Positions 25,779-35,022 of a stretch of DNA of 56,417 nucleotides are shown piece by piece. The DNA lies in IMG/VR virus record IMGVR_UViG_3300028586_000760, positions 1 to 56,417 of that record; one strand, written 5' to 3'. The notes under the pieces are model-generated. The model saw only the letters and a list, made by a program, of their open reading frames with translations, did not search any database and was not told the origin of the DNA. The position numbers were made by a program, and so were the translations under genes. Numbering within the stretch: the first letter of the stretch is position 1; every line of letters starts with the position of its first letter. This DNA is from a virus (taxonomy: Duplodnaviria > Caudoviricetes).

Positions 25779-25956
25779 TGGACACTCAGCCAGAATGGAT
25801 TTCTTTGGGAAACCCTGCCACATGGGAGCTTCGACGTAACGCCACCGAGGTGCAGCGGTTCGGCTCCGCTGTCCACCATTCCGACTGTTGAAAAGCGCAA
25901 ACGCTGCCACATGCGAGCCTCGGCGCCTGACTGGTGCGAAACCAGTCACCACGCCA
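25779..25956 (+). repeat. Two degenerate tRNA-like units sharing a 27-nt repeat
   Basis: 25810-25836 vs 25899-25925, 23/27 identical; each followed by a T-arm-like hairpin and CCA. Confidence 0.55.
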
Positions 25957-26043
25957 CCGCTGATTGCTCAGCCACACGACTCACTCCGCGCCGCCTGGCT
26001 ATACGAGAGGCCGGGACGCGCGGAGGGAGTAGTCAGCGGTGGC

Positions 26044-26139
26044 GTGGTGAATGCGCAGGCTGATGCGCTAAGGCTCAACGGAGTTGCTACCTAGTGAGCC
26101 TGTCTAGCAAACGTGGCGGAGATCAGCGCCGGCCGCCAT
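26044..26139 (+). ncRNA. Cloverleaf tRNA-like RNA with loop-loop complementarity
   Basis: Closing stem plus three arms; GCTGAT(26059) complementary to ATCAGC(26122). Confidence 0.6.
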
Positions 26140-26148
26140 AACCCATAT

Positions 26149-26224
26149 GCGGGCGTAGCTCAGATGGTAGAGCGCGATCCTTCCAAGTTCGATGTCGCCG
26201 GTTCGAGTCCGGCCGCCCGCTCCA
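26149..26224 (+). tRNA. tRNA-Gly (TCC)
   Basis: 76-nt cloverleaf: GCGGGCG/CGCCCGC acceptor, loop CT-TCC-AA, GGTTCGAGTCC, U discriminator, CCA. Confidence 0.95.
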
Positions 26225-26256
26225 GCGTCTCCGTCCTCGGCAATTCCAAGGACTTC

Positions 26257-26292
26257 GCCGCCTGTCGCAGCAATGCGCCGGCGGCTTTTTTA
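26257..26292 (+). terminator. Intrinsic terminator after tRNA
   Basis: GCCGCC...GGCGGC then T-tract. Confidence 0.6.
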
Positions 26293-26304
26293 TTTGAGGT
26301 TCAC

Positions 26305-26523
26305 ATGAAACGCAAGGTCGCAATCAAGTCCTCCTCGATGCCGACGCGCTCGCCGCTGGCGAGTGCCGCTCTGCTCTGGCTGCTGCTGGACCGTCTCGGC
26401 GCGCCGCTCTGGGCATATGGCGTCATGTGGACGATCGTTGGCCTTGCCGCCATCGCGTGGATTCACTGCCTCTGCACGACCGAGGAGCGCGACGTCCCCG
26501 GCTTCGGCGAGAAGAAATCATGA
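26305..26523 (+). CDS. Small two-TM membrane protein
   Basis: GAGGT RBS; two hydrophobic segments. Confidence 0.65.
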   Translation: MKRKVAIKSSSMPTRSPLASAALLWLLLDRLGAPLWAYGVMWTIVGLAAIAWIHCLCTTEERDVPGFGEKKS

Positions 26524-26612
26524 GCATTACCGTCGAAGCAGAGCGCGCCTGGCTGATGATCCTGGTCCAGATCGAGCAGAACCGGAGCGCTATTCGCTGG
26601 GGCCGGCCATGA
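26520..26612 (+). CDS. 30-aa peptide
   Basis: ATGA-coupled on both sides. Confidence 0.45.
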   Translation: MSITVEAERAWLMILVQIEQNRSAIRWGRP

Positions 26613-26854
26613 GCATCGACCTGCCCACCGTCTACCGCGACCAGATGGTCCGCGCAGTGATCGGCACCCGACCGGCGATGCTGGCCGAGACGGCCGACGA
26701 CGCCGCGCTCGTGCGCCTGGCCCAAGGCCTGGCCGAATACGAGATGGCGAAAGAGCTGCTGCGCGCCAAGGGCTACGGCCGGCGCGGCATGGGTCTGCTC
26801 GACATGATCAAGGCGCTGCCCGAGGCGCCAGCCAACCGCAAGGAATCCCGATGA
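26609..26854 (+). CDS. Hypothetical protein
   Basis: Coupled; ELLRAKGYG motif. Confidence 0.65.
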   Translation: MSIDLPTVYRDQMVRAVIGTRPAMLAETADDAALVRLAQGLAEYEMAKELLRAKGYGRRGMGLLDMIKALPEAPANRKESR

Positions 26855-27093
26855 GCACGAACAATACCGTCATTCACATGCGTCTCTACTCGCTGCTCTT
26901 CTGGTACAGCAGCAACCGGCGCAATGGCCAGACCCGAATCCAGGCCCTGCGCGGCGCCTGGGCAATGGCCAACGCAAAGTGGACAGTCAGCGACGTCGTG
27001 ATCGGCAATGCGACCATCGGCGCCACAGGCACGATGAACGTCGACGCGGCTGTGATTTCGAGCCATCGTCAAAGCAAGGGGTCGATCGAATGA
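26851..27093 (+). CDS. Hypothetical protein
   Basis: Coupled ORF. Confidence 0.55.
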   Translation: MSTNNTVIHMRLYSLLFWYSSNRRNGQTRIQALRGAWAMANAKWTVSDVVIGNATIGATGTMNVDAAVISSHRQSKGSIE

Positions 27094-27443
27094 TCCTCGG
27101 ACACCAGCTCAGCAAAGGCCTGATCGATGCGCTCGGCCTGCCGTCGATGACGCGCGGCTTCACGCTGCGCTGCTACACGGGCCAGGCCGTTACGGTCGAG
27201 TGCGAGTACTACCCTGACGGCAGCTTCCAGACAGCGCTGGCCCAGTACCAGCTGGTGCAGCGCAAGTCCGCAGCCGGCGCACCGCAGGCCGAGCCGATGA
27301 ACTTCGATGCCTGGATGACCACGCGCACCGAGCGCGCACACCGCCAGTTCATCGAGCGCACGTCGCAGCACCTGCCGCACGAGCGCACGCCCGAGCAGAT
27401 CGCGTCCTACGTGCTCGGCGTCTCGCTGGGTGGGATCGACTGA
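27090..27443 (+). CDS. Hypothetical protein
   Basis: Coupled ORF. Confidence 0.6.
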   Translation: MILGHQLSKGLIDALGLPSMTRGFTLRCYTGQAVTVECEYYPDGSFQTALAQYQLVQRKSAAGAPQAEPMNFDAWMTTRTERAHRQFIERTSQHLPHERTPEQIASYVLGVSLGGID

Positions 27444-27445
27444 CC

Positions 27446-27769
27446 ATGCCCAAGCTGAAGACCCTCAAGCCTCGCCTGCAGGTGGCGTCCGGCCGCCTGC
27501 CGACGCTCGCACCCGCCAGGCCGGACACGGTCGAGCGCGTGCGCGGCTGGCGCGGCGTGAAGGACCGGAACCGCGTCCGCGAGCGCGACTGCGGCCTGTG
27601 CCAGCAGTGCAAGCGCGACGGCAAGACCAGCGTGGGCGCGGCGGTCGACCACATCATCCCGCTCTGGAAGGGCGGCAGCGACGACGACGGCAACAAGGAG
27701 CTGCTCTGCACGCCGTGCCACGACGCCAAGACGACGCGCGAGGCGACGGAGCGGGCGCGCGGGTACTGA
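27446..27769 (+). CDS. HNH endonuclease, terminase-associated
   Basis: LCQQC, VDHIIPL..GGSDD..N, LCTPCHDAKT. Confidence 0.92.
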   Translation: MPKLKTLKPRLQVASGRLPTLAPARPDTVERVRGWRGVKDRNRVRERDCGLCQQCKRDGKTSVGAAVDHIIPLWKGGSDDDGNKELLCTPCHDAKTTREATERARGY

Positions 27770-27925
27770 AGCGGAGCATGGGCGCCCTGCGGCTGCTGGC
27801 CCGCCTGGCCGGCCTGCCTGGGCCGACCCAGCCTGCATGGGGCAGGGGGGGTGTTGTAAGTCTACAACGCCTCCCGGCCCGACACCGACTAGTACCTCAC
27901 GCGCAGAAAAAAGTCCCCTTGGAGG
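27770..27925. other. Probable cos packaging region
   Basis: Intergenic HNH-terS gap with G-run and palindrome GTTGTAAGTCTACAAC; position typical of HK97-like cos phages. Confidence 0.5.
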
Positions 27926-27934
27926 AAATTGTTA

Positions 27935-28399
27935 ATGGCTTTAACAGGCAAAAAGCGAGCCTTCGCCGATGCCGTTTTGGCCGGGTTCTCGAATAAGGAA
28001 GCGGCGATTCGCGCCGGGTACAGCGAAAAATCTGCGGGCCCAGCCGGATCTCGACTTGTTAAAGAACCGGATGTTAAAGCCCACCTCGAGGCGCATCGAA
28101 AAAGCGCCGACGGCGGCACCAAATCCGCGCCGGCGAAGTTCGTGCCGCTGGACGAGGCGATCGACATCCCGCCCACTGCCGACCCAGTCGAGTTCCTCAC
28201 CAAGGTCATGAACGAGCCGGCCGCCGACCTGCGGCTCCGGATCGATGCGGCCAAGGCCATGCTGCCTTTCAAGCATCAGAAGCTGGGCGAGGGTGGCAAG
28301 AAAGACCAGAAGCAGGATGCGGCCAAGAAGGCGGGCGGCGGCAAGTTTGCCGCTACCGCGCCTCCGAAGCTTGTCGCTGCGGGCGGGAAGAAGGTCTAA
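27935..28399 (+). CDS. terS: Terminase small subunit
   Basis: AAIRAGYSEKSA...GSRL HTH; directly upstream of terL. Confidence 0.9.
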   Translation: MALTGKKRAFADAVLAGFSNKEAAIRAGYSEKSAGPAGSRLVKEPDVKAHLEAHRKSADGGTKSAPAKFVPLDEAIDIPPTADPVEFLTKVMNEPAADLRLRIDAAKAMLPFKHQKLGEGGKKDQKQDAAKKAGGGKFAATAPPKLVAAGGKKV

Positions 28400-30154
28400 A
28401 TGATGGAATGGACAACAGCTTGCCCTGACTGGGCGGCGCGCCTGCGCGCTGGCGAAACGATTATTCCCCCGCCGATCTTTCCTGAGCAGGCCGAACATGC
28501 GCTCGCGATCTTCAAGCAACTCAAGATCGTCGATGCACCCGGCAGCCCGACGTTCGGCGAATCCTGCGCGGAATGGGTGTTCGACCTGGTGCGCTGCATC
28601 TTCGGCGCCTACGATGCGGAGACCGGCCGGCGCCTGATCGTCGAGTTCTTCGTGCTGCTGCCAAAGAAGAACTCGAAGTCGACGGTCGCGGCCGGGATCA
28701 TGATGACCGCGCTGATCCTGAATTGGCGCAAATCGGCGGAATTCTCCGTGCTGGCGCCGACGGTGGAAGTGGCCAACAACGCATACAAGCCAGCGTGGGA
28801 CATGGTGCAGAGCGACGAGGAACTCGACGCCCTGATGCATGTCCAGGCTCACGTGAAGACAATCACGCACCGCGAGAGTCGCGCGACGCTCAAGGTGCTT
28901 GCAGCGGACCAGAATACGGTCGGCGGCAAAAAGTCAGTCGGAACCCTGGTCGACGAGCTTCACCTGTTCGGCAAAATGTCCAGCGCGGAGAACATGTTTC
29001 GCGAGGCATTGGGTGGCCGTGCGTCGCGCCCGGAAGGCTTCGTGATCTGGCTGACCACCCAGTCTGACGAGCCGCCAGCTGGCGTGTTCAAGCAGAAGCT
29101 GGAGTATGCGCGGAAGGTACGCGATGGCGAGGTTGTTGACCCGTCATTTGTGCCGATCATCTTCGAGCACCCACCCGAGATGGTGAAGTCAGGCGAGTGC
29201 CTGCTGCTGGAGAATATGGCGATGGTGAACCCGAACATCGGGTTTTCGGTCGACCAAGTCTTCTTGGAGCGAGAATTCAAGATCGCCGAGCAAGCTGGGC
29301 CCGAATCGTTCCGCGGCTTCATGGCGAAGCATGCCAACGTCGAGATCGGCATGAACCTGCGCTCGGATCGCTGGGCTGGTGCAGACTTCTGGGGGTTTCC
29401 GGTCGACGAATCGATCACGCTGGAATCGCTGCTCGAGCGCTGCGAGGTTGCGGTCGTTGGTATCGATGGGGGTGGCCTGGATGACTTGCTTGGACTGTGC
29501 GTCATCGGTCGCACAAAGGAAGCTGAGACCTACTTTCAGCCGCCGCATCGAGACGAATTTGACCGAGTGATAGCCGGGCAGCAGGTCACGAAGAAGCGAT
29601 GGGTCTTCTGGGCGCACGCCTGGGCCCACCGCATCGTGCTTGAGCGGCGCAAGGAGATCGCGGCGCGGCTACTCGACTTCGAGAAGGATGGCGACCTTAC
29701 CTTGGTGAATACACCTGGCGACGATGTCGAGCAGGTTGCAAGCCTGATTTGCCGGATCCGAGATGCCGGCTTGCTCCCGGAGGATAAAGCGATCGGCGTC
29801 GACGCCTCGGGCATTGGCGACATCGTTGACGAACTGATCACCGAAGAGCGCGGCATCGACATTAAGCAGATCGTCGCGATCTCCCAGGGCTATAAGCTCA
29901 ACGGCCCGATCAAGACCACGGAGCGGAAGGTGGCCAGCGCGCAGTTGGTGCACGGCGGCCGACCGCTGATGGCTTGGTGCGTAGGCAACGCCCGCATTGA
30001 AGACAAGGGCAATGCCATCCTGGTGACAAAACAAGCCTCCGGCAAGGCGAAGATCGACCCGCTGATGGCGGGGTTCTGCGCCGTTTCGCTGATGGCGCTA
30101 AACCCCGTCGGCATGTCGGTAGGATCAATTTACGACCAAGGCATAACGATATGA
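28400..30154 (+). CDS. terL: Terminase large subunit
   Basis: Walker A PKKNSKST, Walker B LVDELH, nuclease GIDGG, KIDP. Confidence 0.96.
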   Translation: MMEWTTACPDWAARLRAGETIIPPPIFPEQAEHALAIFKQLKIVDAPGSPTFGESCAEWVFDLVRCIFGAYDAETGRRLIVEFFVLLPKKNSKSTVAAGIMMTALILNWRKSAEFSVLAPTVEVANNAYKPAWDMVQSDEELDALMHVQAHVKTITHRESRATLKVLAADQNTVGGKKSVGTLVDELHLFGKMSSAENMFREALGGRASRPEGFVIWLTTQSDEPPAGVFKQKLEYARKVRDGEVVDPSFVPIIFEHPPEMVKSGECLLLENMAMVNPNIGFSVDQVFLEREFKIAEQAGPESFRGFMAKHANVEIGMNLRSDRWAGADFWGFPVDESITLESLLERCEVAVVGIDGGGLDDLLGLCVIGRTKEAETYFQPPHRDEFDRVIAGQQVTKKRWVFWAHAWAHRIVLERRKEIAARLLDFEKDGDLTLVNTPGDDVEQVASLICRIRDAGLLPEDKAIGVDASGIGDIVDELITEERGIDIKQIVAISQGYKLNGPIKTTERKVASAQLVHGGRPLMAWCVGNARIEDKGNAILVTKQASGKAKIDPLMAGFCAVSLMALNPVGMSVGSIYDQGITI

Positions 30155-30312
30155 CCCCACTGGACTGGATCACGCTGCTCGTCGGCGTCATCGGCCTCTG
30201 CCTGCTGACCGCCGGCGCTGCGCTGATTTACCAGCCCGCCGGCTTCATCGTGCCCGGCCTGGCCCTGATCTTCTGGTCGTACATCGTCGCCCGTGGCGGC
30301 AGCAAAGGGTAA
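30151..30312 (+). CDS. 53-aa membrane protein between terL and portal
   Basis: Two hydrophobic segments; ATGA-coupled. Confidence 0.7.
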   Translation: MTPLDWITLLVGVIGLCLLTAGAALIYQPAGFIVPGLALIFWSYIVARGGSKG

Positions 30313-30315
30313 CGG

Positions 30316-31578
30316 ATGTTTCTTCGACAGTTTTTCTCTGGCCAGACCGTCAGTGCTGGCGGCGGATGGCTGTCCGGACTTGGTGGCACGCGTTCCGATG
30401 CCGGCCCGGTCGTCACGCCCGAAAGTGCGCTGGCGCTGACGGCGCTGCAGGCCTGCGTCACGCTGCTCGGCGAGAGCGTCGGCCAACTGCCGGTCGAGCT
30501 TTTCCGCCGCAAGGGCGATGGCAAGCGCGAATCGGCGCGCGACCACAAGCTGTACCGGGTGATCGCCTGGGAGCCAAACGAGTGGCAGACGCCAATCGAA
30601 TACCGCGAGCAAAGCCAGCTCAAGGCCGGCCTACACGGAAACTCGTACAGCAAGATCATTCGCGATTCCGACGGCACACCGACCGCGCTGCACCCGATCG
30701 ACGGCTTGGTCACGGTGTACAAGGGCGGCGACCTGCGGCCGTACTACCGCATCGACGGTGGTGATCTGCTGCCGCAGCGGATGATCCACCACGTGCGCTG
30801 GGCCGGCTTGAACAGCTATGTCGGCCTGTCGCCGGTCATGCTTCATGCGAACGCCATCGGGCACGCCCAGGCGATCCAGCAGTACGCCGGCAAGTCGTTC
30901 CTCAACGGGACGGCGCTGTCGGGCGTCATCGAGCGGCCGCGTGAGAGTGGCGCGATCAAGGATCAAGGCATCATCGACCGTCTCGTCGAGCAGTGGGCCC
31001 AGCGGTACGGCGGCAGCAGCAACGCCAAGAAGGTGGCGCTGCTGCAGGAAGGGATGACCTTCAAGGCGCTGTCGATGACGAACGTCGACGCGGAGCTGAT
31101 CCCGGCCCTGAAGCTGTGTGCACTCGACATCGCTCGCATCTACAAGATCCCGCCGCACATGATCGGTGAGCTGGACAAGGCCACGTTCTCGAACATCGAG
31201 CACCAGGGCATCCAGTTCGTCATCTACACCCTGCTGCCGTGGATCAAGCGGCACGAGCAGGCCATGATGCGCGACCTGCTGCTGCCCAGCGAGCGGGCCG
31301 AGTACTACATCGAGTTCAACGTCTCCGGCCTGCTGCGCGGCGACCAGAAGTCGCGTTACGAGGCGTATGCGATCGCCCGCCAGTGGGGGTGGCTTTCGGT
31401 GAACGACATCCGACGCCTCGAAAACCTGCCGCCGATCACGGGTGGCAATACCTACCTGCAGCCGCTGAACATGGTCGACGCCGCGAACCCGCACGCCGAC
31501 CCGCGCGCGAAGGCTCCGCCACCGGACGCGAAAGCCACGCCGGAGCAAGTCAAAGAAATCGAAGGAATGCTTGCATGA
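30316..31578 (+). CDS. HK97-family portal protein
   Basis: GLSP, IARIYKIPPHMIG, FSNIEHQ, LLRGD, NDIRRLENLPP. Confidence 0.96.
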   Translation: MFLRQFFSGQTVSAGGGWLSGLGGTRSDAGPVVTPESALALTALQACVTLLGESVGQLPVELFRRKGDGKRESARDHKLYRVIAWEPNEWQTPIEYREQSQLKAGLHGNSYSKIIRDSDGTPTALHPIDGLVTVYKGGDLRPYYRIDGGDLLPQRMIHHVRWAGLNSYVGLSPVMLHANAIGHAQAIQQYAGKSFLNGTALSGVIERPRESGAIKDQGIIDRLVEQWAQRYGGSSNAKKVALLQEGMTFKALSMTNVDAELIPALKLCALDIARIYKIPPHMIGELDKATFSNIEHQGIQFVIYTLLPWIKRHEQAMMRDLLLPSERAEYYIEFNVSGLLRGDQKSRYEAYAIARQWGWLSVNDIRRLENLPPITGGNTYLQPLNMVDAANPHADPRAKAPPPDAKATPEQVKEIEGMLA

Positions 31579-32532
31579 AAAACCGTTTCCGCCTCACGAG
31601 CCTGATCTTCAATCAGCCGCAGATGGTGACCGAGGCGATGCTCGACCAGGTCGCGCAGTGGGCCAATCAGGCGATGAGCCTGAACATCGTCAACCTGAGC
31701 GTCAACGGTGCCCAGCCGCAGATAATGGAAGACGACGAGCCGTACGAAAGCTCGGCCGCGCGCTGACGAGGCGCGCCGCCAGGCCATCGCCGACACCGGC
31801 GTTGCAGTCATCCCGATCCACGGCGTCCTGGTGAGCCGCAGCACGCAGCTGAGCGTGTGCGAGACCATGACCAGCTACGAGCAGATTCGCGCCCAGGTGG
31901 GCACGGCCCTTGCGGATCCGGCGGTCGAGCACATCGCCTTCGACATCGACAGCCCTGGCGGCAGCACGACCGGCGCCTTCGAGCTGGCCGACTTCCTGTT
32001 CGAAGCCCGCGGCATCAAGCCGATGACCGCGATCGTCAACTTCAGCGCCTATTCCGCCGCATACCTGATGGCGTCGGCCATCGGCGACGTCTCGATGTCG
32101 CGCACCTCCGGCGTCGGCTCGGTGGGCGTGATCGCCAAGCACATGGACCTGTCGGCGCGCAACGAGCAGCAGGGCGTGAAGGTGACCACGGTCTACGCCG
32201 GCGCGCACAAGAACGACATGAGCCCGCACGAGCCGCTCACCGAGCAGTCGGCCAAGTTCCTGAACGACATGGTGCAGAACTACTACACGCAGTTCGTCGA
32301 CGCCGTGGCGCGGTACCGCGGCGTCGGCGCTGACGCAGTGCGCGGCACCGAGGCCGGCGTGTTCTTCGGCCAGGGTGGCATCGACGTCGGTTTCGCTGAC
32401 CGCATCGAGACGCCGCAGGCCGCGGCCGATCGCGTGGCGGCAAGTGCCCGCGCAGCGCGCGCGGCGCGCACTACGAAATCATCTTCCATCGGCGCCCGCG
32501 CGAAAGCGATGGCGCTCCAGACCCAGATTTGA
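31575..32532 (+). pseudogene. S49-family prohead protease, frameshifted near 31757-31766
   Basis: 5' ORF stops at 31766; +1 frame continues VAVIPIHGVL...DIDSPGG...AYSAAY...GSVGV; adding GC to the (GC)n run fuses them. Confidence 0.85.
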
Positions 32533-32557
32533 CCGCGTTCGCGGGACAAGCAACCAG

Positions 32558-32584
32558 GCCGCCCTCGAGGCGGCTTTTTCTTTT
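32558..32584 (+). terminator. Terminator-like hairpin before the capsid gene
   Basis: GCCGCC-CTCGA-GGCGGC plus T-tract. Confidence 0.6.
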
Positions 32585-32598
32585 CTAGGAGAGGCAAT

Positions 32599-33921
32599 AT
32601 GCCCACCATCAATGAGCTCCGCAGCGAACGCGCCAAGGTCAACGCCAGCGTGCAAGCACTGGCCAAAATCGAAGCCGACGGCGGCGCCCTGAGCGCCGAG
32701 CAGCTGACCGAGTTCGCTGGCCTGCAAACCAAGTTTGCCGACCTGACCGCCCAGATCACCCGCATGGAAGCGGCCGAGACAATCGCGGCGGCCGCCGCGG
32801 TGCCGGTCGACCGTGCCCTCGGCGCAGCTCACCAGCCAGCCGCGCCGCCGGCCGCCGCCAGCATGCCGGCCACCCCGCGCACCCCGGAAGTTCCGGGCGC
32901 GAAGATGTCCCGCATGGTCCGCGCGCTCGTCATGGCGCAGGGCAACCAGCAAATGGCAGCCCAGTTCGCAGCGAAGCAAGGCTTCGGCGACGATGTCGCG
33001 ATGGCCCTGAGTACCCTGACTCCGGGCGCCGGCGGCGTGCTGGTACCGCAGAACATGGCGCGCGAAGTGATCGAGCTGTGGCGCCCGAAATCGGTCGTGC
33101 GCAGCCTGGGCGCGCGTAGCCTGCCGCTGAACAACGGCAACATCACCCTGCCGCGCCTGAAGGGCGGCGCAGTCGTCGGCTACATCGGCACCGAAACCGA
33201 CATCCCAGTCACCGGCCAGCAGTTCGATGACCTGAAGCTGTCGAGCAAAAAGCTCGCAGCCCTGGTCCCGATCTCGAATGACCTGCTCGGCTATTCCGGC
33301 TCGAACCCGAACGTCGATCGCATCGTCGTCGACGACCTGGCCGCATCGATGGGCTCGCGCGAAGACAAAGCCTTCATTCGCGACGACGGTACCAACAACA
33401 CGCCGAAGGGCCTGCTGGCCTGGGCGCTGCCCGGCTTCAAGTTCGCGGCGTCGGCCGGCGACACGCTGCAGAAGATCGAAACCGATCTGAACAAGCTGAT
33501 CCTGGCGCTGGAAGGCGTCAACGCCAACATGGGCAGCCCGGGCTGGATCATGTCGCCGCGCACCTTCCGCTTCCTGGAAGGCCTGCGCGATGGCAACGGC
33601 AACAAGGTCTATCCGGAAATGAAGGACGGGAACCTGAAGGGCTACCCGATCGGCAAGACCACCCAGGTGCCGAACAACCTGGGCGCCGGCTCGAACCAGT
33701 CGGAAATCTACTTCGTGGACTTCAACGACTGCTTCATCGGCGAAGACGAAGATCTGCTGATCGACTATTCGAAGGAAGCGACCTACAAGGACGAGGGCGG
33801 CAACGTCGTCAGCGCCTTCCAGCGTGACCAGACCCTGGTGCGGGTGATCGCCAAGCACGACTTCGGTCCGCGCCACGTCGAATCGATCGCGATCCTGACG
33901 GCTGTCACCTGGGGCGCGTAA
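32599..33921 (+). CDS. Major capsid protein, HK97 fold, with delta domain
   Basis: N-terminal coiled coil, AGGVLVP, KKLAALVPISNDLL, DGTNNTPKG. Confidence 0.95.
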   Translation: MPTINELRSERAKVNASVQALAKIEADGGALSAEQLTEFAGLQTKFADLTAQITRMEAAETIAAAAAVPVDRALGAAHQPAAPPAAASMPATPRTPEVPGAKMSRMVRALVMAQGNQQMAAQFAAKQGFGDDVAMALSTLTPGAGGVLVPQNMAREVIELWRPKSVVRSLGARSLPLNNGNITLPRLKGGAVVGYIGTETDIPVTGQQFDDLKLSSKKLAALVPISNDLLGYSGSNPNVDRIVVDDLAASMGSREDKAFIRDDGTNNTPKGLLAWALPGFKFAASAGDTLQKIETDLNKLILALEGVNANMGSPGWIMSPRTFRFLEGLRDGNGNKVYPEMKDGNLKGYPIGKTTQVPNNLGAGSNQSEIYFVDFNDCFIGEDEDLLIDYSKEATYKDEGGNVVSAFQRDQTLVRVIAKHDFGPRHVESIAILTAVTWGA

Positions 33922-33983
33922 CGGCGCCTAATGCCGGCCTGCTGCGGCGGGTCGGCCCCTTATCCCTCAAATAGGAGCTGATC

Positions 33984-34157
33984 ATGAAATCGGTCAAATT
34001 CATCAAGCCCTGGAAGATTTACAGCCCAGGCGACATCGCCGGCTTCGAGCCCGAGCTGGCGCAACAGCTGGTTGACGGTAAGGTGGCGCAGCCGCACGAA
34101 GCGGAAGCTGAAAAACCGGCCGAAGGCGAAGCCAAGCCGACCAAGACCACGAAGTAA
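33984..34157 (+). CDS. Small head-associated protein
   Basis: VKFIK....YSPGDIAGF...A..LV..KVA; AGGAG RBS. Confidence 0.7.
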   Translation: MKSVKFIKPWKIYSPGDIAGFEPELAQQLVDGKVAQPHEAEAEKPAEGEAKPTKTTK

Positions 34158-34233
34158 CCGCGCGCCGCGCTGCCGCTCCTCCAAAAACAGGAGGCCGGCC
34201 GGCGCACCTGGCGCCGCCCTGTCGGAGATCGAC

Positions 34234-34503
34234 ATGACCCACCTCGTGATGACCCCGCACGTCTCCTTCATCCGCGTCTATGACCAGCCGGATGGCTACG
34301 AGAAGAGGGTGCCGTACCTCGGGATCCTGGCGGTGACCCACCTGACCGACACCACCGTCTACGTGCATGGCGCCGTCGGCCAGATCACCCGCCAGGCGCA
34401 CGACCAGGCGCTGGAAATGCTCCGTGCGCAGGGCGTCACCACGGTGATGTATGAGCGGCGAGGGCGCATGAAAACCAAGACGCTGCCGGCGATCGCCGCG
34501 TAG
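34234..34503 (+). CDS. Hypothetical protein
   Basis: GGAG RBS; 89 aa. Confidence 0.6.
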   Translation: MTHLVMTPHVSFIRVYDQPDGYEKRVPYLGILAVTHLTDTTVYVHGAVGQITRQAHDQALEMLRAQGVTTVMYERRGRMKTKTLPAIAA

Positions 34504-34527
34504 CCAACCGGATAACGAAAGGCCGCC

Positions 34528-35022
34528 ATGGCGATCCAACCCACCGACATTCAATTCCGCCTGTCCGGCGGCGCTTCGAACGCTTCGCCGGCGGCTTCCC
34601 TGGGCGGCGCCAAGTCGAGCGTCGCCGCTGACGCTTCGATCTTCGACGACGTCTCGTCCGCCGAGGCGGCCGCCGGCGACGTCGAGTACCGCTGCGTCTA
34701 CGTGCACAACAGCCATGCCAGCCTGCCGCTGGTTGGCGCGGTGCTCTGGATCCCATCGAACACCCCGTCGACCTCGACCACCGTCGACGTCGGCCTGGGC
34801 ACCTCGGCCGTGAACGGTACCGAGCAGTCGGTCGCCAACGAGGGCGCCGCGCCGAGCGGCGTGACCTTCTCGGCTGCAGCCACGCAAGCTGCCGGCATCG
34901 CCCTGGGCGACATTCCCGCTGGCCAGAGCCGCGCCGTGTGGCTGCGCCGTACCGTTTCCGCCGGCGCGGCGGCGATCGCTGACAGCTTTACCATCCGTGT
35001 TACCGGGGATACCGCAGCATGA
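34528..35022 (+). CDS. Probable virion structural beta-sandwich protein
   Basis: Ala/Ser/Thr-rich; SLGG...IFDDVS..EAAAGDVEYRC. Confidence 0.7.
   Translation: MAIQPTDIQFRLSGGASNASPAASLGGAKSSVAADASIFDDVSSAEAAAGDVEYRCVYVHNSHASLPLVGAVLWIPSNTPSTSTTVDVGLGTSAVNGTEQSVANEGAAPSGVTFSAAATQAAGIALGDIPAGQSRAVWLRRTVSAGAAAIADSFTIRVTGDTAA

Noticed and set aside
26053-26115. Hammerhead ribozyme suggested by CTGATG
   Set aside because: Core needs CUGANGA and GAAA; here it is CTGATGC, inside a hairpin
25779-26139. Mini CRISPR array
   Set aside because: Only two imperfect repeats, no cas genes; tRNA-like structure explains them better
31764-31766. TGA read-through or selenocysteine in the protease
   Set aside because: Protease motifs continue in a different frame, so read-through would not restore them
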